A DNA stretch of 48,161 nucleotides from Catajapyx aquilonaris. Lineage: Eukaryota. The position numbers and the translations under genes were made by a program. Below are positions 25,787 to 37,200 of the stretch, piece by piece (position 1 is the stretch's first letter; the number at the start of each line of letters is the position of its first letter). The notes under the pieces are model-generated. The model was given only the letters and a program-made list of their open reading frames with translations, searched no databases and was not told the DNA's origin. The stretch lies in contig KZ538137.1 of the NCBI GenBank assembly GCA_000934665.2, positions 124,001 to 172,161 on the forward strand, given 5' to 3'.

Positions 25787-27740
25787 ATGGGCCTGAAGAA
25801 GGTAAGCGACTATGGGTGCACGGGAGCGTAGTTTTGAGGACGCGGGTTGCTTGAGGGGCGGCGAAAACCTTTGTGGTGAGCCATGCGGGTGGGTAACAAT
25901 GGATGCTTGGTCCCTTCCAGCCGAAGGTTGGGAAGAAGGTTGGAAAGAAGGTGGCTGCGGCCCCCTTGGCCGCAGTCAAGAAGGAGAAGGAGAAGAAGAA
26001 GAAGAAGGCGGTCAACCCCCTGTTCGAAAAGAGGCCCAGGCACTTCGGGATTGGTAAGCGACACTGTGATGCGTATGGTATTGCTGCACAAAATACTGCT
26101 ATTGAACATAATTGTGCTGTGATGAGCTACTTAGATATCAGATAAATCATGATGATTAATCAGTACGAGCTCTTTAACTCTGAGCACATTTTACAATATT
26201 GAGGATGTGAATTAGTATGGTAATTCAGTTTGCATAAAACTAATCTCGGAATTCCACCTGGACAGGTCAGGACATCCAACCAAAGCGTGATTTGAGCCGC
26301 TTCGTTCGCTGGCCTCGCTACATCCGCATCCAGCGCCAGAAGGCCCTGCTGCAGCAGCGACTACGTGTACCACCCCCAATCAACCAGTTCACCCAGACAT
26401 TGGACCGACAGACAGGTGTGATTGAATTCGTTATCTCACTGAAGCCACTCAAATGAGTGTGCACTGTAGTGAGGTTACGAAATGCTGGAAGTAAGTCCTC
26501 GTGCGCACTGTAGTGAGGTTATGAAATGCTGGAAGTAAGTCCTCATGCGCACATGATGACGTTCTTTGCTATCCGAGTGCGAACTGCAAAGTGAGCGAGA
26601 ATTTGATCTACCACCACAAAAATTACACCTGATGCGCTGTTTTCATAAGAAGTCCAGGTTTAGTGAGCTTAGAGGGCATTCGATGACCAAGAATTGTTTT
26701 TTGTAGCATTGCAGCTGTTCCGCCTTTTGGACAAGTACAAGCCCGAGAGCCGTCAGCAGAAGAAGACTCGCCTGAGGGCACATGCTGAAGCAAAGGCTGC
26801 TGGGAAGGCTGTGGCACCATCCAAGAAGCCTCTGGGTGTCAGATATGGTGTTAATGAGGTCGTGAAACTGATTGAGCGCAAGAAGGCCCAGCTTGTTGTT
26901 ATTGCTCATGATGTTGACCCAATTGAGGTTGGTTTCACATTTTTTTTTACAGAAATGACACTGTTGCACATTGAGTTGACCTCAGCTTATGATCATGGGG
27001 ACCTTATTTGAGAGACTAATGTAGTCAGTTGCATATTTCTCAAGTGTCTGAATACATCTTAATATTGTTTTATGAGTCAGCTTGATGTGCCAGTAGTATT
27101 TAAATGCTTGCAATGATGCACCCAAAATTGTTAATACCGAATTTCTTCGACTGAATGATCAGTGAGGAACATTGTACCTGAGCAAGTAACTTGTATAGGT
27201 TACGTATAAATCATTTGCACACTTGTCGTTACATGCCATAATGTCTTTGCAGTTGGTTCTCTACATGCCTGCTCTGTGCCGTAAGATGGGTGTCCCATAC
27301 TGTGTTGTCAAGGGCAAGGCTCGTCTTGGGCGAGTGGTGCACCGCAAGACCTGCACTGCTGTGTGCTTCACCAATGTAAGTCATGCTCATATTGTCTGAA
27401 AAGTTCTGAATATTCTGCGATGATTAAAATATCCCAGAGCCAATCCCATGAATGTGTGTGATTAACAACAGAGAATAGAAATGAGCGGAGAAATGATAGA
27501 GGTTGATTAGGTAGTGGCTCTTGCGATGTTCTTGATGGCCTATTTGTACATTTTTAGGTGGACTCTCATGATCGCAGCAACCTGACCAAGCTGGTTGAGA
27601 CTGTCCGCACCAACTTCAACGAGCGCTATGAAGAGCTGAGGAGACACTGGGGAGGCGGTATTCTTGGGGCCAAGGCTCGTGCCAGGATTGCCAAGGCAGA
27701 GAGGCAGCAGGCAAAGGATCTGGCCGAAAAACTTGGCTAA
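25787..27740 (+). CDS. RPL7A: 60S ribosomal protein L7a (eL8, Surfeit 3)
   Basis: Exons 25787-25801, 25921-26053, 26266-26415, 26707-26927, 27253-27375, 27558-27740. Motifs [81 protein letters not shown] at about 27759. Confidence 0.98.
26113..26188 (+). ncRNA. SNORD36: Box C/D snoRNA, SNORD36A/U36a-like (18S Am668-equivalent guide), RPL7A intron 2
   Basis: Terminal stem TGTGC/GCACA, C box GTGATGA (26119), D' CAGA, C' ATGATGA, D CTGA (26180). Guide TACGAGCTCTTTAACT is antisense to conserved 18S AGTTAAAAAGCTCGTA with one mismatch. Confidence 0.88.
26457..26552 (+). repeat. 44-bp tandem duplication in RPL7A intron 3
   Basis: GTGYGCACTGTAGTGAGGTTAYGAAATGCTGGAAGTAAGTCCTC occurs twice (26457-26500, 26501-26544), plus a partial third unit. 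Confidence 0.92.
26547..26637 (+). ncRNA. SNORD24: Box C/D snoRNA, SNORD24/U24-like, RPL7A intron 3
   Basis: Stem GCGCA/TGCGC, C box ATGATGA (26553), TTTGCTAT before D'-like CCGA, CTACCACCA remnant, D CTGA (26629). Both segments are antisense to the 28S TGGTGGTAGTAGCAAA region targeted by U24. Confidence 0.72.
27105..27188 (+). ncRNA. SNORD36: Box C/D snoRNA, SNORD36C/U36c-like (28S Am3703-equivalent guide), RPL7A intron 4
   Basis: Stem TGCTTGC/GCAAGTA, C box ATGATGC, guide GAATTTCTTC before D' CTGA (27151) antisense to 28S GAAGAAATTC, D CTGA (27178). Confidence 0.82.
27411..27477 (+). ncRNA. Candidate box C/D snoRNA with 28S-antisense guide, RPL7A intron 5
   Basis: Stem TATTC/GAATA, C-like ATGATTA, guide AGAGCCAATCC antisense to conserved 28S GGATTGGCTCT, D'-like ATGA, C'-like GTGATT, D-like CAGA. 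Ends 80 nt before the 3' splice site, like its neighbours. Confidence 0.55.
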
Positions 27741-29399
27741 ACCTCTGTGCCCAGTGGAAATAAATCACAGATTATATGAACTTGAATCTGCTGTTTTAGT
27801 GGGGTGTGGTTTTTTGTATTCTTTATAGAGGTGATGAATTGCCAGGCTGAATAAATCTGATTGTCCCATGCTGAGCAAAAGGTAGGTGCATAGCAGCAAA
27901 AAGTGCAACCAATGTTAGAGAGCAACAAGGGAAGATAAATTTGTCGTGATAGATCTACTGTATATGTGCAATATGTCATGATTCTGCTGGTTGGGTATTA
28001 TGAGTATGGTTGAGAGGTCATTGGAGACTGAGATGGTGGCCTTCCAATGGGTCCCCAAGGCAGTTTTGCCAAGTTCCCCTGCTATCTTTGCCTTTGGAAC
28101 CAAATTGCACTACCACACACATGGGACTGGACAGTGGACTGGGTTCTCGGAGGGGAGTAACAGTCTCAAGTGGCAGTCTCTGGTGGTCCTCATAAAGGTG
28201 GTTGATTCTGCCACTGTACATCAAGTTTGGTCTATTGAAACAACACTTCACATCTTCAGATGAGTCTCAGAGTCGGCTGCCTTCAAGTACCTCCAGTACT
28301 TCTTCTGTAAGAGAGAGTGTGGCAAAGGTCAAAGCCAGTGTTTTACCAAGTTTTAAAATACCATATGGCCGTGTTATTAGGATCTTGAGATATATACTGT
28401 ATTTTCCAATATTTATGCCATTGGCAGTTCCCAACCAATTCTTTGTTGGTATGAGTGGGAAGCAGAGATGAAGTCCGATATTTTGATGCTATGTAATCAG
28501 AACTGCTAAGTGCCAATAGCTATAAATGTGATGTTATATGAACAGATTCAAGGCAGACCACAATACTGGAGTGCAGAGTCTTTGCTCATTTACTAATACT
28601 GTACTGGTTCTTACTGTTCGTTTTTCAGCTGTTCTCAGTGATGTGTGTGACATGTATGATTATGAATCGATGTTTCTCCCAAGGTTCAAATGATGGACTT
28701 ACTGAAGTGGGATATGTCAGGGACTATCACTGCAGAACTATAATATAAATCAAATCATGAGAAGTGCCTCACGATCGTCCAGTAATTCAATCGGAAAATG
28801 TTTTGCTTATTTTTGAAATGAAAGTCACAAAAGTGTAATTGACAGTGAGTCATGTAAGATTTGTTTCCCAAATTGCCACATTATCTCGTTATTTTCATAA
28901 ATTTTGAATACAATTGAAAAATTGCTACCATTAATTTGCTTATAATGGGCAAAGAGCAGAAATTCGTGCCATCCTTTGGCAGCTGCAAAATTGTGTCATC
29001 AGCATTTGGCAATTGCCAGCATCACCAGCATGGGTATATTGGTATGACAAGTAGGTCTACACTCTTATCATGTAGATGCATTGCTACACTTTTTGCACTT
29101 TCACTTTTGTACTGTCAGTGAAGAAAAGGTAGTGTTTCCCACTGTCATTTCAATTAATTTTTGCTTTCAATTTTTGACCGAGGTTAGCAGGAAAATATGA
29201 AAATCCTTCCTGAGAGTAGTGCATGGGTTTGTCTATCATGGAAATTAGTTCATTACTTTTGCTCTTCACTCATATGAAGAGAGTGAACTTTCATTGAAGT
29301 CACTTTACAGTGTGACAATCAGTGACAAAGACTATTGCAACGGGACTTTGCCACAATTCGCAATGGTCCGCAAAGAGTCCGTGTCCCCAATGCCAATAT

Positions 29400-30140
29400 T
29401 GTCCCCTCCACCCTCCCCACCCCACCAGCAAAAGAGAGGCCGTCGTCCGCCGGAAGCCTCCGGGCTAATCACTCCGATTTGAATGCCAGTCAACCCGGAA
29501 GTGGAATTGATCTCCCTCGACGGCACCCTCGACCCCCAACAACAACAAACCCAGCCCAACCCGGAAGAACCGGGCGGCGGCCCCCGACGCGACATCGAGG
29601 CTGGTGGGTACTCGACGGTATGTATGCGCCGATCCTCTGGGTGGGCTTTCGGGAGGGAGAGCTTGGCTGGCTGGGCGAGTGAGCGGGCTGCAGAGAGAGG
29701 GGAGGGTGGTTTTGCGGGGAAACAAACATGGCGGACGGGGCGGGCTGGGCAGTGGACGACCTCCTCTAGCATCGCCTCCCGGGGCGGAACCCTGGCTGCC
29801 TCAGGTAGGCGCCCTGGGGGGGAAAAAGGTCGAGCCGGGGCACGCGGTCGACTGGGGCTCGGCCGGCCGGGGGAAGACCCCGCACCCCGGAAGACACCCG
29901 TGGCGAGAGAGTAACGGTACCCGACGCCAATCTGACCCCGCAGCAGGTGGTGGAGGTCGCGGGGGTTGGTCGAGGGTCACCAGACGGGGTCGGGGATTGT
30001 CGCTGGTTTGGCCGGCCCCGGGTAGAAGGAGGCCGGGGCCGCGGGAGGCGCTCGGTTTGAAGGCCTCCGATTGCGGTCCGACACGGGGAAGAGTTGCTCG
30101 GGCGGGGCTGGCGATATTGGCCGATCTATGCGACTCAAGT
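29400..30140 (+). promoter_or_regulatory. CpG island/promoter and non-coding first exon of EHMT
   Basis: Very GC/CpG-rich block with ETS CCGGAAG motifs (~29450, 29495, 29561). Donor CAG|GTAGGC at 29805; matching acceptor ttgttccAG ends at 31199, 17 nt before the ATG. Confidence 0.65.
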
Positions 30141-31216
30141 AGCCAAAGACATGTGGAGGAGCTTGGAAAACGTGATTTTGCTGGATGCTGAAATGCACGA
30201 TCAAATGGTAACCTCAGTGGCAGGCTGAAGACAGGTCACTAGATTATTATCATTGAAGGGAATGACCCAAATGACCTGCAGTCTGGATAAATTGTTGGAT
30301 AGTTGAAGTTTCAATATGGAAGTGAAAGATGTGGTTGTAATGGTTAAAGAAAAGCATATAAGCATATCTTGAATTAGCAGTTTTATTTGAAACTCCAATT
30401 TAAAATTGATTCAGTATTAATTCTAGTGAAACTAGTGATAATAATGACGATGACTCTCCTGTGAGATTAATTTTTCTTTTTAACTACTAGTTGTATCTAG
30501 TAAAGTGAGGTAGTGCACTGATTTCTTTCATGAAAGTTAAGTCACAGGTCATGGTGGCTTGCCTTCATCCAATTATTGATCATCTGTAATGAGGTCAGCA
30601 GAGTACCCTGTGTCAAATTGTTGACCTTCAGAAACATTCAGTTTGCTTAGAATATATGTGTGTAAAACTTTTAGCACAATTAAAATCATTGAATCACCTT
30701 TTACAATCATATTTCTATGCAGTTGTACATTTTTCATGGGGTAATTAATTATATATCAGCAACAGATAATGGCTTTCCAGATTGCCCTATCCATACATCT
30801 TGACCAACCTTCAGAAGTACTCATTAAGCTTTTAGTTATGATGAAGTATTCACATTACAATTAAATATAGCAAAGTATAAACAATGCAAAATAAAATTTC
30901 AAAGATGCTGCAACTAAGATTTGCCTGGCATGAAAGCTGGATTTCATTTGTTGAAAATTATATTTGAGAGCCTGAATTATTGAAGATTGTTACTAGCTGG
31001 CTGTTGGGTAACTTATGTATTGCAAAGAATCATTGAACGTTACATCTTGCAAAAGCTAATTTATGAGGCTAAACGCTAAAGGCTGTTTTTTAAAAACAGT
31101 TACTCATAAAGTATTTTCTTGTAATTGCTACCTTGGCAAGATATGTTAGCTTTTATCTGTGTATAATTTAATTTTGTTACTCCTGCAATATTGTTCCAGC
31201 CCTGACTGCCACAAAA

Positions 31217-34200
31217 ATGTCAGAAGCAGGAGGGGTTGAGGAAGGGCCAGGCTTGGAGGGTGAGAGGGAGGAGGTGGAACAGGAGGTCGTGCCATCTGCT
31301 GAAGAAACAACCAAAGATGAACGAAATGAGAGCACAGGGAGTTCTGATACAAATGAACAGCCTGCTAAAGGAGGAGAGTCACCAGAAAAATCACCTAAGA
31401 AACCTGATCTGAAGAACCTGAAGGCTAAGATCCTGGCTGGCATGAAGACAGAGTTCAATTCAGTGGAAGACCGTGCCTGGAGATTACAACAACTAGCAAA
31501 AGAGAGCACAAGTCCAAAAAAATCAGGAGCTGCTCAGCCATCATCAGCACTTACCCTATCCCCTTCAACCTCACGTAAAAGCATGGAACCAACAATCTCA
31601 CCTTCCACTGCCCAAAAGAGTGAACCGTCATCACCTTCCCTGTCCCGAAAGAGTGAACCTTCATCCCCTTCCCTATCACAGAAGAATGAACCTTCTTCAC
31701 CCTCCTTGTCACGGAAGAATGAATTGACATCTCCTCAATCTAGGAAAAATGATTCATCCTCACCTTCCATGCCCAGGAAGAGTGAGTCTTCATCTCCTTC
31801 ACTGTCCAAGAAAAATGAACCTTCATCCTCTCCTTCCTTGTCACGTAAAAACATTGACCAGCATAACCAAGATTCAGAAATTCCTGATTCAATTTCTGAT
31901 GCGGGATCTGAATCTGACCCATTCCGACCTTTACCACGTGCCCTGGATTCTGCATCAGAAGCTGGTTCTGAATCCAGTGACCAGCCATTAAGGCGATCAC
32001 TTAGGTTGAGCCGCACATCCAAACTGCCAGTCGAAGATGCCAACCCGGAGAAACGAAGCCAGAAAACTAAGAGACTAGTGGATGTTGGTAATGATAAGCT
32101 GCTACCACCAGAAAAGCTGCCAGAGCCAGAAAAAGACCCAGAATTGTGTGATGTAATCCAGGTTGTGAAAGAGGAAGAGGTGACAGTGACCAAAGATGAA
32201 GATACACCTTTGCCAGGATCAGAAGAAACATCTGTGATAGATGAATTGCCTTTGGAGCAGCCCAACCCTCCATCATCACCAGGCTTGTTGCTCAAGCCAC
32301 AGTTTACAAAGACAGGGAAACGCAAGTATCGGGCTTTTAAAGGCCTCAACTACTCTTTTGGTTACAAAAAAAAGCAGAGGCGTTCTGGATCGCACCCAAG
32401 AGACTCTGCCAGCAGTGGAGGAAGTGTGGTTGAAAAGAAACTGGATCCACCACCGGTGAAAGTGTTGAAGACTCCAGACTTGCGAATAGAGAAGAGGACC
32501 ATCATGCTGTCGCCAAAGGCCACCTGTACCAAAGTTGGTAAGAAGGATACTACTGGTCTTGGGATCAAAGGCCAAAGACCCAAGGTTGCCATGGCAGAAG
32601 TTAAGCAGGAAGTTAAGCCTTTGAGCCTGCATCTGAGGCCGAGGCGTAGACGAGATGGGGATGACAGCGACAGTACCAACACCAGCTCTACATCAGGTGA
32701 ATTGATAGGAGGGCACGTTCTGTTTATGTAGGGCTGTTAAATATGATATTAGGGAAATACGTTAAACAGGTCACTTAAGTCAGTCTTGAACTCTGCAGTA
32801 TGTCTAATTATAATGTTTAAACTTTTTCGTTGAGTGATTTTTATCCAAGCTCTCAAAAAATTATTGCAATATTTACCTGACTCCTACTTGGTACCTGACC
32901 CACCCACTCAGGGAACCATGAAGCAATTTTTTTTCTGACAGTTGAAATTTCTAGCGTTTGTGCAACTAATTAAACTGATTATTATCATTATGCTCTTATT
33001 TGTGCAATGGAAGTTATGGAATGTTGACAAAATTTTAATTGAGGTATTGCGTTTTTGCATAGGATCCATCAATTCGGAACGCACGAAACGCCCTCGGCGC
33101 ATGGTATCTTGTCGCAATCCTGGAAACTGCTGCAATGGCACATCTGAAATTCCATCCCCCAGCCCTGCTGACATGTCTCCGGAAGCAGCTGCAAAGCCAG
33201 AGTCAAGTGTCACATCAAGAATGGTAAGAACACTCACTACAGATCTGCAAAGGTTCTCTTGTGTTACGGGATGTTTAACAAAAGCATTTTTGAAGGCATA
33301 ATTTTCTACATGTACAATGTTGTACAGCAAAGGAGGGTTTGATACCAGGACAGTGCCAAACTACTATTACTTAGCATAAGGTTTAACCTGGTCACCGCTG
33401 GCTACACCTTTATGGGAATTAAACCGTGATGTGATGAATGAAAAACTTAGCATAAATGAGTTAACTGACATAAACTATCCTTAGCAGTTGTTTTACATGA
33501 TGTGTAGGCATTTAAAAATATATGAACACTTCATGCTAAAAATGTGATTGAATGACAAACCTTTATTAACAATCATGTCTACATTTACCTGTACTTTGTA
33601 TTGCGGTTAAGCATATGTACATTGCTGCAGTTATTTAATATTATTTTCACTGAATTAGTCACATTTCAAGACCAAGTGGACACCAGGTCCCCCACTCTGC
33701 TGCTGCCGTACCACGATGATGTCAATGGTATTTGGCAAACGTACCATGGACAATCCTGAATTACCTATGGTAGAGCAGGAGGAGGAAGTATACTGCCAAG
33801 CTGTGGACTGGTTGGAGGGTCGCCTGGTGGGCTGCTGCAACCCTGTCTCCAGTATGCGCATGTTGCGTCCTAGCACTCGCATCCCTTTCCAACTCTTTTG
33901 CCGGATGCACTCACAGAGGCTGATCAGACACAACTGCTGCCCTGGCTGCGGCATCTTTTGTACACAGGGGACCTTCATGCAGTGCAAGCAAGACCCAACT
34001 GGAGCAGTGCACTGCTTTCATCGCAAGTGTTTCCAGAATGGTGGTGGTGCAGATGGGTTGGCGGACTTGGTTGGTGGGGCATCACCATCATCTTTGACAT
34101 GTCCACATTGTGGGGCACCTGCCCCAAAGTTCGAGACGAAATTGCAGCTGAGTGCTACTCCATATCCATTCTTTTGCAACCAGCAGAAGCCTATCAGGAA

Positions 34201-37200
34201 GTTGTGAGTGTTTAGTGTATTAGGTGTGCAATGCATTATGAGATAATAAAATTGTCAAAGGCAATCATTGTAAAAAAGAGGCATGGTATACAGTACCTAT
34301 CATTATTGATAATCTACATTATAAGTGATGCTAAATTGCAATTAAATATGTAAAATAATTCTCTATTGCCTTTCATGTAATATTAATGAGGTAATTTTCC
34401 TGAATCAGGATTGTTTTTCCAGTTTTGTTTGAGCCTGTTTCAGATAATTTCCATTGTGTAATGCTACCTTCCATTTTTTTCAGTCATGCAGCTCGGATGA
34501 TTACCAATGGTGTCTCTCTGGGAACAATGTCCCGCCCATCTTCCCCTCCCCCACTTCGGCATCACATGTCACCAAAGTATGTTCTCCCCTCTGGCAAAGA
34601 GATAGACTGTATGGGCCTTCCTGAGGGGCTTGAAAAGGACCAGTTGGAGCAGGTCCTCCTCTATTCTTACTCTCTGGCTGAAAGGGGACCCAGGCTTAGT
34701 CAGAAATCCCTCTACCAGTCATCCAAGGCAGGTGACGTTGACAAGGTATGTTCATTTGTAAATTACAAATAAAATCAATTATACGGTTGCTGTTTGATGG
34801 GTTCTTCTCTAACAGTAAGTGTAGTGACCCCCAGCCAGAAAGGGTCCTAATGTCACCGCAGGCTTTTCGCAAATTTTTTGCAGCATTTATAAGTGATAAA
34901 TACAAGTTCCATATATTGGTGGCTTTTTATCTTGCCTACTAGGAGGATCCTCATTCCTATCTTGGAGCCTAGAATCACTCTGAAAACTGCTGGTGTTATG
35001 GAAGCTGATATGTAAAGCCTCAGTTAATGTTAATAAGGCAGAAAATTAATGAGAGATGGTTCTGTGACAGGTGGTGCAGATGCTAGCCCAAGGGATGACA
35101 CCAAACCATGCCCACCGGGAGTACAACGGACAGACAGCTCTACATGCAGCAGCCTCAGCTGGGCAGCTAGTAGTTGTCCATGTCCTTGTCCAGGCTGGAG
35201 CACAGCTGGACACCTTGGACCGGGACCAGCAGACCCCGCTAATGGCTGCAGTACTCAAGTCTTACAACGAGGTGGTGAAGTACCTGGTAAAGGCTGGGTC
35301 ATGCGCTTCATTGAAAGGGGAGGATGGAATGACTTCCTTACATATAGCAGCACGCAGTGGGAATTTAGAGGCCTGCCACTATGTGCTAGGCTCAGCCACT
35401 GCTCCCCGTGGTTTTATTAACTATCAAGATGATGGTGGATGGACGCCACTTGTCTGGAGTGCAGAACATAAACACATGGATGTTGCAAGGTGAGCCTTGT
35501 TTCTTACAGAACCAAAGGAATTTGCATCCTAATTAATTTTCTTTGGATAGGGTAAGACTCGAATGACACCCTAGTATGGCATTTCTTGACCTTCATTGCA
35601 GATATCTTCTTGAGAAAAATGCGGATCCACTGATACGTGATACAGAGCAAAATATTGCACTTCACTGGTCAGCCCTGTCAGGAAGTATGGAAGTGTCCCA
35701 GATGTTACTGGAGCATGGCTGTAGTATCAACACCACCAATGCACATGGGGACACACCTATGTGAGTCATGCACGGAGAGTTATCATTTAGCTGACTAATT
35801 GGATAAAATCTTTTCTATCAGGCACATAGGAGCTCGTCAGAACAACTATGAGTGTGTCCTGCTGTTTCTGTCACGTGGGGCAAAGCTTGATGTTAAGAAC
35901 AAGGAAGGTGACACCCCTCTGGGCTGCTGCCCAGAGCCAAACTGTGACTCCTGGACTGCCATCAGCCTCAACATGCAGCTTAGGAAACTCATGTCGGGGC
36001 AAAAGCCAAATTATGACCGGCTGCTTTGCAAGTCAGTACTTTTCTGTTGAGGGGTCTGAATTTCTGCAATTTGATTGGCATGTGGAGTTACCCTTGGAAC
36101 TGAAATGTCATAACTCAGGAAAAGTGGTAGGCAGCTGTAATTGATTGCTTTCTCAGAACTGCTTTATTCTTCCCTTCAACCTCTTCCAGGTGACAAGTGC
36201 CTGACAGTGGACGTCAACACTAAATTATTGCTTGTTATAAGTTGATTGCAAATAATATACAGTATCTTATGATATAAAGTTATGTTTTACTCAATCATCA
36301 TGTAACATTGCTGCAGTCCATATTAATTTGCACAAAGCAGTTGATGAAAAGGTGTAAAAGGCAGCCCCTGACATACGTACAGAGTATAAATGAAATAACC
36401 GTGCGTTTTCTTCAAAATGATAGTGACTTGAAAGAAACATTTTTTACCAATACACATGGTGCCACAGACACGTCTGACCACAAACCTAATATAAGTGTCT
36501 GTTGAATTCATTAATTCATTGTATATTTACTAATTAGAATTCATGAATAACATAACTGACACTAAGAGAGTCAATATTTTAAAATACTTAACGTTCAGTA
36601 GTGTATTATTTATTTTTTCCTTTTTTTCTTCTGTAAAATCAGACCCCTTCTTGGATAAGCCTTCTTGGGAATTGAACTCTGAGAATAATACTGACTTCCA
36701 TTGCAGTGATGTGACAAAAGGTAAGGAGCAGAATCCAATTCAGTGCACCAATAATGTGGATGAAGAAGGCATTCCAACTGATTATTTATATGTGACTGAG
36801 AATTGTTTTACCAGCAACATTCATGTTGACACGACTATTACATCACTCAAGGTATGCACAAAGATGCAATATTAGTCACCTTTGATCTGTTTTGTACTAA
36901 CATTCAACAGTCATGCACATGTGTTGACAACTGTTCAACCTCTGGATGCTTCTGTGGATCCTTGAGCTGGCATTCATGGTACAATGAGGAAGGGAAACTG
37001 GTCCCAGAATTTAACTACACAGATCCACCCACCATATTTGAATGCAACTCTGCCTGTGCATGCAACAAGGTCACCTGCAACAACCGGGTGGTGCAGCATG
37101 GGGTGACCATCCGGATGCTGCTATTTCGGACACCTGACAAAGGGTGGGGAGTTCGCACTCTCAGAGCCATCCCAAGGGGGAGCTATGTGTGCGAGTGAGT

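Noticed and set aside
26457..26552. CRISPR-like interpretation of the direct repeats
   Set aside because: Contiguous tandem units without spacers, in a eukaryotic intron, with no cas genes.
27831..27874. GTGATGA...CTGA...CTGA C/D-like boxes downstream of RPL7A
   Set aside because: Only about 44 nt, not intronic (after the poly(A) signal), no terminal stem and no recognisable guide.
28000..28330. Minus-strand acceptor-like site near 28306 and short ORFs
   Set aside because: All three frames stop soon after the acceptor. An antisense lncRNA from the EHMT island is possible but unsupported.
28636..28706. GTGATG...ATGATG...CTGA snoRNA-like boxes
   Set aside because: Imperfect C box, weak stem, no rRNA complementarity recognised and no host intron.
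29332..30204. Multiple overlapping GC-rich ORFs
   Set aside because: Expected from stop-codon scarcity in a CpG island; no domain signal.
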